64,000 nucleotides of DNA, taken from NCBI GenBank assembly GCA_035539815.1, contig DATLHR010000146.1, positions 8,063 through 72,062 of the forward strand. The letters are read 5' to 3'. This document shows positions 28,069 through 37,623 of this stretch, piece after piece (the first letter of the stretch is position 1; each line of letters starts with the position of its first letter). Position numbers and translations under genes: made by a program. Source of the stretch: Kofleriaceae bacterium. Lineage in GTDB: Bacteria > Myxococcota_A > Polyangia > Haliangiales > Haliangiaceae. Under the pieces are notes generated by a model. The model did no database searches, was not told the origin of the DNA, and saw only the letters and a list, made by a program, of their open reading frames with translations.

Positions 28069-29100
28069 TCAGTCGCGCTGTGCCCAGAACGTCGACAGTG
28101 CGGGCCACAGGCGCTCGGCGGCCTTGCGCGAGACGACGGCGCCGACGTGGCCGCCGCGATCGACGAGGATCTGCTTGTCGCGGCCGCCCACGTGATCGAT
28201 CAGCGGTTGCGCGCTTCCGACGGGGACGATGTGATCGTCCTGGAACGCGATCGCGAGCACGGGGCAGGTGATCGAGGACAGCAGCGCCCGCTTGCCGAGC
28301 ACGGTGAACTCGCCGGTAACGAGCTTGTTGCCGCGGTACAGCTCCTCGATGTAGCGCTGGTAGCACGCGCCGGGGAACGAGACGTTGTCGTTGCCCCAGT
28401 GCTCGGTGGCGAGGAAGCCGTCGAGGAACTCGTCGTCCCACGCGCGGTCGAGCACGGCGACGGCCTTGGAGGCGCGCAGCGTCGGGCGCAGCATGTTGAA
28501 CGAGGCCTGGAGCAGCTGCCACGGCACGTTGCCGAACGCTTCGACGATCGCGCCGACGTCGAACGTGGGCGTCTGCGTCCACGTCGCCATGATGCCGGCC
28601 TGGGAGAAGTCGATCGGTGCGGCGAGCGCGGTGAGTGAGGCGACGCGCTCGGGGAACGCGGCGACGTACGCGGTGGCGAGCGTGCCGCCCAGGCAATAGC
28701 CGAGGACGTGCACGCCGCCGGTGCCCGACGTGCGCGCGGCGACGCGGACCGCGCGTCCGACGTAGCGGCCACCGATGTCATCCCACGTGAGGTAGCGATC
28801 CTCGCCGGACGGCGTGCCCCAATCGATGCAGTAGACCTCGTGACCGCGCGCGACGAGCCACTCGATCAGCGACCGCTCGGGCGCGAGGTCGAGCACGTAC
28901 CAGCGGTTGATCAGCGACGGCACCATCAGGATCGGCGTCGCGTAGCGGCGGGTCGCCGGCGCGAAGTGGAGCAGGCGCCACTTGTTCTCGCTCCACGCCA
29001 CGGTGTGCGGCGTCTGTCCCACCTTCGGCATGAAGCCGCGCGGCGCGCGCCGCAGCAGCGCGGCGACCGAGTCGAGGGGCGAGCGCTTCGGCGGCATCAT
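28069..29100 (-). CDS. phaC: poly(R)-hydroxyalkanoate synthase, class III/IV-type catalytic subunit
   Basis: 343 aa from the ATG pair at 29100. Lipase-like box with Cys ([10 protein letters not shown]). The length and the [10 protein letters not shown] / YCIDWG motifs are typical of short PhaC. The start overlaps the upstream stop. Confidence 0.85.
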   Translation of the reverse strand: MMPPKRSPLDSVAALLRRAPRGFMPKVGQTPHTVAWSENKWRLLHFAPATRRYATPILMVPSLINRWYVLDLAPERSLIEWLVARGHEVYCIDWGTPSGEDRYLTWDDIGGRYVGRAVRVAARTSGTGGVHVLGYCLGGTLATAYVAAFPERVASLTALAAPIDFSQAGIMATWTQTPTFDVGAIVEAFGNVPWQLLQASFNMLRPTLRASKAVAVLDRAWDDEFLDGFLATEHWGNDNVSFPGACYQRYIEELYRGNKLVTGEFTVLGKRALLSSITCPVLAIAFQDDHIVPVGSAQPLIDHVGGRDKQILVDRGGHVGAVVSRKAAERLWPALSTFWAQRD

Positions 29101-30740
29101 GCGTAGAGTGCCTCGAACCGGTCGCGCAGGCGATCGTAGACCGCCTTGCGGCGCAGCTTGAGCGAAGACGTGAGCAGGCCGTCCTCGACGGTGAGCGGCA
29201 GCTCCGCGATGAAGTGGCGCTTGATGCTCTCGTAGCGCGCGAGCTCGCGGTTGACGTCCTCGACGCGCGCCGCGACGGTGCGCGCGCGCTCGTCGGGGGC
29301 GGCATCGGGCAGGGCGTCCGGGCGCAGCCACACGGCCGCGACCAGGTACGGGCGGCTGTCCCCGTAGACGACCACGCGCTCGATCACCGGATCGTCGACG
29401 AACCTCGCCTCGATGTTCGCGGGCGGGATGTTCTTGCCGCCCGCGGTGACGAGGATGTCCTTCTTGCGATCGATGATCTGGAGGAACCCGTCCTCGGTCC
29501 AGCGGCCGATGTCGCCGGTGCGGAACCAGCCGTCGTCGGTGAACGCGGCCGCGGTCGCATCCGGATCCTTGAAGTAGCCGGTGAACACGTTCTCGCCCCT
29601 GGCGAGGATCTCGCCGTCGGTATCGAGTCTGAGCTGCACCGACGGCAGCGGCGTACCGACCGCGTCGAAGCGGAAGCTGTCGGGACGGTTGAGCGTCAAG
29701 GTCGGCGACGTCTCGGTCAGGCCGTAGCCTTCGATCACGAGCAGGCCGGCCGCGTGGAGCAGCTGCTTGATCTCGAGCTTGAGGCCCGCGCCGCCCGAGA
29801 GGCAGAACCGCAGCCGGCCGCCGGTCACGCGGCGCAGCGCCTCGCTGCGAGCCTCCGTGGTGTCGGGCCCTGCCTGGATCGCGCGCGCGATCTTCTCCCA
29901 GTATGCGGGCACGCTGAAGAACACCTGCGGCGCGACCTCGGGGAGCAGGTCGAGCACGTCGGCCGGCGATGCGAGGTAGGTCTCCCAGCCGAGCGTGTTG
30001 CCGAGGCACATCTCGCCGAACCCGAAGATGTGGCTCATCGGCAGCCACAGCAGATCGCGATCGCCCTCGGCGAGCAGCGGCGCGTTGCACGCGAGCCAGT
30101 CGCAGCCGTTGCGGCCGACGTTGCGATGCGTGAGCGGGACGCCCTTCGGGTTACCGGAGGTGCCGCTCGTGTACAGCAGCTGCGCGGGCGCATCGAGCTC
30201 GATCGCGCCGAGGCGCGCGTCGACGAGCGTGGGCGCGCCCGCGTCGCGCGCGGAGGCCGCGCGGATCGACGTGTCGTCGGTCACCGGCGCGTCGGGGTGC
30301 CACGCACAGCCATCGAGGCCGACGACGTCGATCGGCCGCGCCAGCTGGCCGCGCGCCTTTTCCACGCGCGCGAGCTGCTCGGTGCCGGCGACGAACACGA
30401 CCTTCGCCTCACAGTGGTCGAGGATGTACGAGATCTGATCCGCGGTCGACGCCGGGTAGATCGGCACGAACACGCAGCCCGCGGTCTGCACGCCGAGCGC
30501 CGCGCTCGCCCACGCGACGGAGTTGGGCGCGAAGATCGCGACGCGATCGCCCGGCTCGACCTCGCGCTCGATGAGCCAGCGCGCGACGCCGCGGAGCTGC
30601 AGCGCGAACTGACCCCAGGTGACGGGGTGCCAGGCGTTGCCGGCGCGGACGTGGAACCGCACGCGATGCCGGTGCGTCGGTAGTTTGTCGAACACGGCGC
30701 GCGGCGCGGCCTGCGGAACGAGGAGCGGCGTGACGTCCAT
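29097..30740 (-). CDS. AMP-dependent acyl-CoA synthetase (long-chain fatty-acid-CoA ligase-like)
   Basis: AMP-binding motifs [22 protein letters not shown] and [23 protein letters not shown]. Confidence 0.85.
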   Translation of the reverse strand: MDVTPLLVPQAAPRAVFDKLPTHRHRVRFHVRAGNAWHPVTWGQFALQLRGVARWLIEREVEPGDRVAIFAPNSVAWASAALGVQTAGCVFVPIYPASTADQISYILDHCEAKVVFVAGTEQLARVEKARGQLARPIDVVGLDGCAWHPDAPVTDDTSIRAASARDAGAPTLVDARLGAIELDAPAQLLYTSGTSGNPKGVPLTHRNVGRNGCDWLACNAPLLAEGDRDLLWLPMSHIFGFGEMCLGNTLGWETYLASPADVLDLLPEVAPQVFFSVPAYWEKIARAIQAGPDTTEARSEALRRVTGGRLRFCLSGGAGLKLEIKQLLHAAGLLVIEGYGLTETSPTLTLNRPDSFRFDAVGTPLPSVQLRLDTDGEILARGENVFTGYFKDPDATAAAFTDDGWFRTGDIGRWTEDGFLQIIDRKKDILVTAGGKNIPPANIEARFVDDPVIERVVVYGDSRPYLVAAVWLRPDALPDAAPDERARTVAARVEDVNRELARYESIKRHFIAELPLTVEDGLLTSSLKLRRKAVYDRLRDRFEALYA

Positions 30741-30743
30741 GGC

Positions 30744-31016
30744 TTAGCTCCGCAGCTTCTCCTCGAGGTCATACAGCCGACTCTCGAGCTGGTTGAGCTT
30801 GTGCAGCGTGCGCTCCTGATCGCGGCGCGTCGGGAGCCCCACCGTCGACCACCACGCGCTGATCGCGCGATCGGTCGCGGCCTTGGTCTTCATCGCCGCG
30901 GTGAGCATCGCGCCCGCGGGGCCGAGCACGGACGGGTTCGACAGCACCTTCTCCATGTACTGCGTGGTCGCTCGCTCCCACGCGTTGAAGCCTTGCTTCC
31001 ACAGGTCCCAGATCAT
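30744..31016 (-). CDS. small PhaE/PhaR-like PHA synthase partner or phasin-like protein (90 aa)
   Basis: The C-terminal segment GLPTRRDQERTLHKLNQLESRLYDLEEKL resembles the conserved C-terminal box of PhaE subunits. It sits in the same overlapping operon as phaC. Confidence 0.5.
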   Translation of the reverse strand: MIWDLWKQGFNAWERATTQYMEKVLSNPSVLGPAGAMLTAAMKTKAATDRAISAWWSTVGLPTRRDQERTLHKLNQLESRLYDLEEKLRS

Positions 31017-31804
31017 GGTTCCACTCCTAGCGCGAACCGCCGCAGGTACACGGCATTGGTGAAGTCAGGCGACGGCTCGTCGACGCGGCTCTCCGCGCGG
31101 GCGACCTCGCCGAAACACTCGAACAGGAACAGCGTCGTGCGGCGCCCCACCACGGGCGTGCCCGTCGACGGGCGCCGCGTCACGTGCAGGCGCACGCGCA
31201 GCGCGGGCGTGAACTTCACGTACGGCACCTCGAGCACGCCCGACGTCACATCGACGTCGAGCTCGTCGGTGCCGATGAACGGCAGCCCCGCGATCGTGCC
31301 GTCGGGGATCTGCGCGGTGGTGCGGTAGGTCGCGCCGTCGGCGAGCGGGAACCGCAGCAGCGCGACCGGCTCGGCGTAGCGCACGAGCGTCTTCCCGGCG
31401 GCCGGCGCCGGCTCGCGCGAGGCGAGCCCGTCGAGCCACAGCGCGCGGTCGTCCTGGTGGTAGATGCCGTCGAGGCCGCCGCCCGCGTCCGTCGCGAACT
31501 GACCGGTGGGGTACGAGGGCGCGTACCACTGCGCACCGAGCTGCTGCGGCCCGAGCCCGACGACCTCGTCATCCGCGCGCTCCTCGGACAGGTCCCACGC
31601 GGTGTCGGCGGTATCGATCGTGCGCATCGCGCCGCTCGGCGAGGCGTAGTAGGCGAGGGTGGCGCCGTACGCGATCGGCAGCTCGTCGGCGGTGATCTGA
31701 CCGTCGCGGTTCGGCGTGCACTCGGGCAGCGCCGGCGGCGGCTCGGGCTGCGGCGTCTGGTTGACGCCACATCCGACGAGGAGGAGGACGAGTGCGGTGC
31801 GCAT
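31013..31804 (-). CDS. lipoprotein, paralog B of 34518-35429
   Basis: ATG at 31804 gives MRTALVLLLVGCG. It shares CTPNRDGQITADELPI, FLFECFGEVARAES and a DFTNAVYLRRFAL-type end with the upstream paralog. Confidence 0.65.
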   Translation of the reverse strand: MRTALVLLLVGCGVNQTPQPEPPPALPECTPNRDGQITADELPIAYGATLAYYASPSGAMRTIDTADTAWDLSEERADDEVVGLGPQQLGAQWYAPSYPTGQFATDAGGGLDGIYHQDDRALWLDGLASREPAPAAGKTLVRYAEPVALLRFPLADGATYRTTAQIPDGTIAGLPFIGTDELDVDVTSGVLEVPYVKFTPALRVRLHVTRRPSTGTPVVGRRTTLFLFECFGEVARAESRVDEPSPDFTNAVYLRRFALGVEP

Positions 31805-34521
31805 CAGAACACGAACCACAGGCGCGCGCGCAGCACGTGCGCGGCCTTGGCCTCCAGCGTAGTGGGTGTCAGCGCGTCGGGATTGTCGAAGGCAGCGCCG
31901 GGCAGCAGCACGCCGTAGGTGAGGGCGCCGGCGAAGCCATCGCGGCTCGTGTAGCGCAGCTCGGGATCGAGCTCGATCCCGAGGTCGCGCGCGCCGCTCG
32001 GCGTCGACGTCGGCTCGACCGCCCACGATGCGATCAGCGCGGCGCTCGCCTCGAGCCGGCCGGCGCCGACGGTGAGCAGCGTCGTGCGCAGGTGCGGGCG
32101 CACGTAGATCGCATCGGTGACCGTGCCGATGATCTCGCGGAACAAGATCTGATCGATGCGGTAGTCGGGGTTGAAGCGGAAGTTGTCGACGGTGCGATCG
32201 CGCGGCGGGTTGGCCTGCGCACCGTCGAGCGAGCCGGGACGCGGCGCCGCATCGCCGAGCCGGGGGAACGCGCCGAAGCCGGGGGCATCGTCGCCGCTCG
32301 CATACCCGCCGTCGAGGCCGAACCGTACGCGCCCGCTGCCCACCTCGGACTGCACCGCGAGCCCGAGCTGATCGCTGGTCACCGGCGTCGTGATCTCGGC
32401 GCCGGCGATCACCGACGGCTGCGCGAGCTTCGCGTGGGCGTACGCGAGCTCGCCCTCGAGGCGGAAGCCCGCGCGCGTGATGCGCAGCCATGCGCCCGCG
32501 GTCAGCGCGGAGAACCCGCGCGCCATCAGGTCGTTGCTGGTGAACGTCGCCGGCGGCGCGACCGGGAGGTAGCTCGCGGGCACGTCGGTGTCCTGCGAGC
32601 GCGTGGCGACGTAGCCGCCGTACTCGACGCTGGAGAGCCCGGCCTGTGCGCGGCGCTCGAGGGCGGCCGGCACGTGCGTCTTCAACAGCGCGAGCGTCAC
32701 GCCCGAGGCGCTGTCGGCGGGCTCGAGCGCGACCGCGTGGCCACCGTCGTGCGGGCGCGTGAACGGTCCGCGCGCCGCGACGTCCCACGCGACGGCGACG
32801 AGGTGACCGAACAGGGGCGAGATGAACGCGAGGCGATCCGCGGCGTCACCGCGATCGCAGTCGTCGCAGTCACCGCCGTTGACGGTGATGCCGAGCCCGA
32901 AGTGCGCGCCCATGCGGCCCGCGGCGAGCACGCCGAACGGCGTCAGCGCTTCTCCCCACGCGCGCTTCACGACCACCGCCGTCGGGCGCTGGCCGAGCGC
33001 GGTCGCCGGTGTGCCGCCCGCGAGCTCCGGGTCACCGCCGAGCGCGACGTTGTCGAGCCAGTCGATGCGCGCCTTCACCGCCACCCCGACGCCGGGCGCA
33101 TACACGGCGACGTCGGTCCGCGCGCGCAGGTCGCCCGCGTGCAGCTCCTGGCCGCCGCCGAGCGGCACCGGATACAAAGGCTCGCCACGCGTGTCGAGAC
33201 CACGATCGAGATCGAGGTTCCACAGGGCCTGCTCGCGGAACCGGAACCCGCCGTGGATCGCGAGCTTCACGTGCTCGCGCGAGGCGGCGTACAGCCGGGG
33301 CGTGAGCTCCGCGCCGAGCGTGGCGAGCTCCGCGCCGGCGGGCAGCGGCCGCTCGTAGATCGCGGGCAGCGGCGTGGGCGCGGCCGCGGCGATCGCCGCC
33401 TCGACGTCGTCGGTCGCGGGCGCTGCGGCGGAGCCGGGGGCCTCGCTCGCGTCGGCGACGCTTGCAGCGCCGTCGCCACCGCCCGTGCCATGACCGGCAC
33501 CACCGCCGCCGCCACCGCCCTGGCCACCGCCCGCGCGAGGGCTTTCGACATCGCTTGCGTCACCGCCTCCATCACCGCGTGCGTCATCGTGTCCAGCAGC
33601 GTCGTTGGCGTTGCGGTCGCTTCCATCCGGTCGTCCGTCCTCGGCGAGGAACGTCAACAGGTCGCGCGTCGACGGGCCGTGCGCCTCGACCATCGGCAGG
33701 TGGCCGCAGCGCGGATAGGTCTCGAGCCGCGCGTTCGGCAGCTCGGCGAGCAGGCGATGCGCGAACCGCAGCGGCGTCACGTCGTCGTCCTCGCCCCACA
33801 GCAGCAGCACCGGGCGACGGAACGAAGTCAGCTTCCGGTGCAGCGCCGCGAAGTGATGGCCGCGCACCGTCGCGAGCGCGGCGGCCACGGTGCCGGGGCG
33901 CGCCATCTCGTGCTCGACGTGCTCGACGCGCGCCTGCGTCACCCAGCGATCGTCGAAGTACGCGAGCGGAACGCGCTCTTCGATCCGCTGCCGGTAGTAC
34001 AGCGCGAACAGCGCCTCGCCGATCGCCCCGCGATCCGCCCAGCGGAAGAACGACGGCACCTGATCGTCGTAGACGTACGCGTCGTACAGCGCGACGCGCC
34101 GTACGCGCTCCGGCCGCGCCACCGCCATGGACAGCGCGACCGAGGAGCCCCACGAGTGGCCGACGATCGCGACGTCGGTGACGCCGAGCTGATCGAGCAC
34201 GCTCCACGCGAGCTGCGCCTGCGCGGCCGGGCTGTAGTCACCGCCGGGGCGGCTCGTCCAGCCGAACCCCTTGAGGTCGATCGCGATCACGCGGTGGTGC
34301 TTCGCGAGCACGGGCTGCACGGTCTGCCAGCTGTCGCTCGACGCGGCGAACCCGTGGATCAACACGACCGCCGGGCCTTGCCCCGCCTCGCGATAACGCA
34401 CCTTCACGCCGCCGACGTCGACGAACGTCGCATCGGTCGGCGCACCGGGGAGCGGCCCCGCGTGGAACTGCGGACAGCCCGCGAGCAGCGCGAGGGAGAG
34501 CGCGGCGCCGAGGAGCTTCAC
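31804..34521 (-). CDS. fusion protein: lipoprotein alpha/beta-hydrolase + Gly/Asp-rich linker + outer-membrane beta-barrel-like domain
   Basis: In-frame GTG at 34521 (VKLLGAALSLALLAGC) overlaps the upstream stop. Hydrolase motifs HGFAASSDSW and GHSWGS. Linker GGGQGGGGGGGAGHGTGGGDG. The C-terminal ~520 aa end ...LRARLWFVF (OMP-type terminal Phe). Confidence 0.65.
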   Translation of the reverse strand: MKLLGAALSLALLAGCPQFHAGPLPGAPTDATFVDVGGVKVRYREAGQGPAVVLIHGFAASSDSWQTVQPVLAKHHRVIAIDLKGFGWTSRPGGDYSPAAQAQLAWSVLDQLGVTDVAIVGHSWGSSVALSMAVARPERVRRVALYDAYVYDDQVPSFFRWADRGAIGEALFALYYRQRIEERVPLAYFDDRWVTQARVEHVEHEMARPGTVAAALATVRGHHFAALHRKLTSFRRPVLLLWGEDDDVTPLRFAHRLLAELPNARLETYPRCGHLPMVEAHGPSTRDLLTFLAEDGRPDGSDRNANDAAGHDDARGDGGGDASDVESPRAGGGQGGGGGGGAGHGTGGGDGAASVADASEAPGSAAAPATDDVEAAIAAAAPTPLPAIYERPLPAGAELATLGAELTPRLYAASREHVKLAIHGGFRFREQALWNLDLDRGLDTRGEPLYPVPLGGGQELHAGDLRARTDVAVYAPGVGVAVKARIDWLDNVALGGDPELAGGTPATALGQRPTAVVVKRAWGEALTPFGVLAAGRMGAHFGLGITVNGGDCDDCDRGDAADRLAFISPLFGHLVAVAWDVAARGPFTRPHDGGHAVALEPADSASGVTLALLKTHVPAALERRAQAGLSSVEYGGYVATRSQDTDVPASYLPVAPPATFTSNDLMARGFSALTAGAWLRITRAGFRLEGELAYAHAKLAQPSVIAGAEITTPVTSDQLGLAVQSEVGSGRVRFGLDGGYASGDDAPGFGAFPRLGDAAPRPGSLDGAQANPPRDRTVDNFRFNPDYRIDQILFREIIGTVTDAIYVRPHLRTTLLTVGAGRLEASAALIASWAVEPTSTPSGARDLGIELDPELRYTSRDGFAGALTYGVLLPGAAFDNPDALTPTTLEAKAAHVLRARLWFVF

Positions 34522-35429
34522 GGCGCGATCCTCCGCACCTCCGCCGGGTCGTTGAACTCGGCCGAGGTCTCGTAGTCCTGCGACGACACGTTCGCGACGG
34601 CGCCGAAGCACTCGCTCATCCACGCGAACGTGCGCTTGGTCAAGATCGTGAACCCGCCGCTCGTGCGCGTGAGGTCGGTGGCGACGCGGACGACGGGAAA
34701 CTCGCCGTAGGGCGTCTTCATCGTCCCGACCTTGTCGACCATCGACGCGTACTCCTCGGAGTACGCGCCGGCCACGCCCTGCACGAGGCCCGACACGATC
34801 GACTCCGACGTCCAGGTCGCGCCGTCGGTGATCGGGAACGCCAGCACCTGCGCGGGGGGATCGTACTCGAGCTCGGTGCGTGCGCCGCCCGCGGTGGGCG
34901 ACACCACGCCGAGCAGCGTCAGCCCGGTCGCGTCGACGTGGAACACGCCGAGCAGATCCGACTCCGCGGACAGCGTCGACGCGTACGACGCCGTCGGGAA
35001 CGTCGCCGCCCACCACGTGCCTGTGGGCGACAGCAGGCCGAGCGCGCGATCCGCATCGTTGGCGAGCGCGCCGCTCAGATCCCACCGCCGCGCGCCGCCG
35101 CCATCCGGCGTGCCCGCGGTGTCGAAGGTCGCGTCGAGCGCGACGCGGAACGTGGCCATCTTGCCGGCCATCAGCGGCAGCTCGGCCAGCGTCAGGCTGC
35201 CGTCGTGGTTCGGCGTGCACGCGCCCCCGCCATCGCCCGGCGCATCGTCGCCTGCCATGTCCGCGCCGCCCGCTGCATCCTCGGCCGGAGCGCAGGTGCC
35301 ATCCGCGCGGCAGAACCGCGACGGGCAGTCCTCGTCCACCATGCACGCCGCGCCGCTGTCACCTCCGCACCCGGTCATGCTGCAGAGCAACATCGCGAGC
35401 AGGGGTGCGGCCCGAAACATGGCGCGCAC
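34518..35429 (-). CDS. lipoprotein, paralog A of 31013-31804
   Basis: MFRAAPLLAMLLCSMTGCG lipobox. It has CTPNHDGSLTLAELPL, FAWMSECFGAVANVSS and an EFNDPAEVRRIAP end. Confidence 0.65.
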   Translation of the reverse strand: MRAMFRAAPLLAMLLCSMTGCGGDSGAACMVDEDCPSRFCRADGTCAPAEDAAGGADMAGDDAPGDGGGACTPNHDGSLTLAELPLMAGKMATFRVALDATFDTAGTPDGGGARRWDLSGALANDADRALGLLSPTGTWWAATFPTASYASTLSAESDLLGVFHVDATGLTLLGVVSPTAGGARTELEYDPPAQVLAFPITDGATWTSESIVSGLVQGVAGAYSEEYASMVDKVGTMKTPYGEFPVVRVATDLTRTSGGFTILTKRTFAWMSECFGAVANVSSQDYETSAEFNDPAEVRRIAP

Positions 35430-35465
35430 GCTACGACCCAGCCGGGCCGGCTGTCAACAGCTCTT

Positions 35466-35479
35466 TTGCGGCGCAGCAA
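35466..35479. promoter_or_regulatory. candidate PhaR operator (TGC-N3-GCA core) upstream of phaR
   Basis: TTGCGGCGCAGCAA, in the divergent phaR / PHA-operon intergenic region. Confidence 0.35.
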
Positions 35480-35488
35480 AAACAGCGC

Positions 35489-35502
35489 TTGCAGCGCAAC
35501 AA
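35489..35502. promoter_or_regulatory. candidate PhaR operator (TTGC-N3-GCAA)
   Basis: TTGCAGCGCAACAA, a perfect TTGC/GCAA dyad 22 nt upstream of the phaR start. Confidence 0.4.
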
Positions 35503-35523
35503 TGCCACCGGTAGGGTCCGCCC

Positions 35524-36162
35524 GTGGCCGCAGTCACGATCAAGAAGTACGGCAACCGCCGGCTCTACGACACCGGCGACAGCCGTTACGTGACCCTCGA
35601 CGAGCTAGCGACCAAGATCCGCTCCGGCGTCGACGTTCGGGTCGTCGGCGCGGAGACCGGCGAGGACCTCACGCAGGCGACGCTGACCCAGATCGTGCTC
35701 GAGACCGGCAACGCCGCGAAGTTCCTGCCGGTCCAGCTCCTCACCCAGATGATCCGGCTCTCCGACGACGCTCTCGCGGAGTTCTTCAGCCGCTACGTCA
35801 CCGGCGCGCTCGATCTGTACCTGCAGGCCAAGCGCGGCGTGCAGAACCTCGCGGCCTACAATCCGCTCACCCAGATCCCGGTCGCCGCGAGCGACGCCCT
35901 CGCGCGGATGTGGATGGGCGGCCCGTTCGCCGGGTTCCCGCAGCCGGGCTACCCCGCTTATCCCGCCGCCCCCAGCGGCAGCTTCACGCCGGCGCCGCCG
36001 CCACCCGCAGCGCACGAGCACGAGGAGCAGCCAGCGGCGGAGCCCGCGGCCGCGCGCGATGACGTCGCCGCGATGCGCCGCGAGCTCGACGAGCTCAAGG
36101 CCGCGATCCGCGAGGGCCTCGCCGCCAAGCCCGCCCGCGCGCCGCGCAAGAAGAAGAGCTGA
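35524..36162 (+). CDS. phaR: polyhydroxyalkanoate synthesis repressor PhaR
   Basis: The N-terminus VTIKKYGNRRLYDTGDSRYVTLDELATKIRSG is the hallmark PhaR DNA-binding motif. 212 aa. Confidence 0.85.
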   Translation: MAAVTIKKYGNRRLYDTGDSRYVTLDELATKIRSGVDVRVVGAETGEDLTQATLTQIVLETGNAAKFLPVQLLTQMIRLSDDALAEFFSRYVTGALDLYLQAKRGVQNLAAYNPLTQIPVAASDALARMWMGGPFAGFPQPGYPAYPAAPSGSFTPAPPPPAAHEHEEQPAAEPAAARDDVAAMRRELDELKAAIREGLAAKPARAPRKKKS

Positions 36163-36175
36163 CCGCGTCGTCGAC

Positions 36176-37510
36176 TCAACCGGCCTTCGGGCCGCTGTCG
36201 TCGACCCAATCCTTCGCCAGCGACTTCGACGCGAGAACGAACAGGATCGCGGCGATCACGTAAAACCCGAGCCCGGTGTAGATCGCATAGCGCAGCGACT
36301 GATCGCCGTAGTGCGGGCGGAGCGCGTCGGACACGGCGCCGAAGTAGTAATTGCCGACCGCGATCCCGAGCAGGTTGTTGACCATGAGGAACATCGCCGA
36401 CGCGGTCGTGCGCATGTTCCCGGGAACGAGGTGCTGGACCGCCGTCAAGATCGGTCCGAGCCACATCAGGTTCAACGCCGTCGGCACGAGGAACAGCGGG
36501 AACGCGGCAAACAGCGACGAGGTGTTGATCGCGATCAAGAAGCACGGCATCGCGATCAAGAAAGCGACGGCGGGAATCCGCGGATAGGCGGCCTTCGATC
36601 GCGCGCCCATGCGGTCGGCCAGGATGCCGCCACCCATGATCCCGAGGCAGCCGCCGAAGAACGTGATCGCGCCGTAGTACCAGGCCGTCTCCACGAGGGA
36701 GAGCCCCATGCTGCGCTGGAAGAACGACGGCAGCCAGAACGCCAGGCCATAGCCACACACCGAGCTCGATGCCGCGCCGAGCGCCATCAGCCAGAACGAA
36801 CGCTTGCTCGTGATCGTGCGGCGGACCTCGCTGAACGAGGGCGCCTTCGCCTTCGCAGCCGCTTCCGAGGTGCCGAAGCCGCCGCGCGGCGGGTCCTTGA
36901 TGGTGGCGCGGAACACCGGTGCGAGCACGACGCCGGCGGTGCCGACGATGAAGAACGCCCACCGCCAGTCGATGTTCGCGGCGATCAGGCCGCCGAACAG
37001 GATGCCGCAGCCGCTGCCGATCGGAATGCCGAGCGAATAGATCGAGAGGGCGCGCGCGCGCTGATGCTTCGGGAAGTAGTCCGAGACCATCGAGTACGCG
37101 GGCGCGACGCCACCCGCCTCACCGACGCCGACGCCGATACGCGCGAGGAATAGATGCCCGAAGCCCTGCGCGAAGCCGCAGACCGCGGTGAACAGACTCC
37201 ACAGGCCGAGCGCCCACGCCATGATCCGGCGGCGGCTCGAACGATCCGCCAACCATGCGATGGGCAGAGCTAGCGTCGAGTACAGGACCGCGAATGCGAG
37301 GCCAGCCATCAGGCCGAGCTCGGAGTCGGTGAGCGACAGCTCCTTCTTGATCGGCGCGGCGAGGATTCCGAGGATCTGCCGGTCGAGGAAGTTGAGCGTG
37401 TACACGAGCACGAGGATCGCGAGCACGTAGTAGCGATACGCGCGCGTTGGCGCTGGCTGGTTCATCTCCATCACCTCGCGGCTGAGCGGTTGCTCGGGCA
37501 GCTTCGTCAT
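36176..37510 (-). CDS. MFS transporter
   Basis: The 12-TM pattern with LNFLDRQILGILAAPI and GLWSLFTAVCGFAQ...FLARIGVGVGEAG is typical of MFS. The start is taken at the ATG at 37510 (MTKLPEQ). The ORF extends to 37573. Confidence 0.8.
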   Translation of the reverse strand: MTKLPEQPLSREVMEMNQPAPTRAYRYYVLAILVLVYTLNFLDRQILGILAAPIKKELSLTDSELGLMAGLAFAVLYSTLALPIAWLADRSSRRRIMAWALGLWSLFTAVCGFAQGFGHLFLARIGVGVGEAGGVAPAYSMVSDYFPKHQRARALSIYSLGIPIGSGCGILFGGLIAANIDWRWAFFIVGTAGVVLAPVFRATIKDPPRGGFGTSEAAAKAKAPSFSEVRRTITSKRSFWLMALGAASSSVCGYGLAFWLPSFFQRSMGLSLVETAWYYGAITFFGGCLGIMGGGILADRMGARSKAAYPRIPAVAFLIAMPCFLIAINTSSLFAAFPLFLVPTALNLMWLGPILTAVQHLVPGNMRTTASAMFLMVNNLLGIAVGNYYFGAVSDALRPHYGDQSLRYAIYTGLGFYVIAAILFVLASKSLAKDWVDDSGPKAG

Positions 37511-37537
37511 CGCGCGATGCGATAGCCCACGTCCACC

Positions 37538-37548
37538 TTGCGATGCAA
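37538..37548. promoter_or_regulatory. candidate PhaR operator (TTGC-N3-GCAA)
   Basis: TTGCGATGCAA, a perfect dyad in the MFS/phasin divergent intergenic region. Confidence 0.35.
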
Positions 37549-37623
37549 GATGAAAATATTGCGACCGCGTCATGCTTCACGAAAAATCGGAGACTTACGG
37601 CGCGCGATGCACGCGGAATCATG

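Noticed and set aside
29101-30090. Upstream 330 codons of ORF 28069-30090 as part of PhaC
   Set aside because: They overlap the acyl-CoA ligase gene in another frame and are Arg-rich. PhaC homology begins at the ATG pair at 29100.
34522-35346. First 275 codons of the 1180-aa ORF 31804-35346
   Set aside because: This is Arg/Gly-rich nonsense overlapping lipoprotein paralog A out of frame. A lipoprotein signal peptide begins at the in-frame GTG at 34521, which overlaps the upstream stop.
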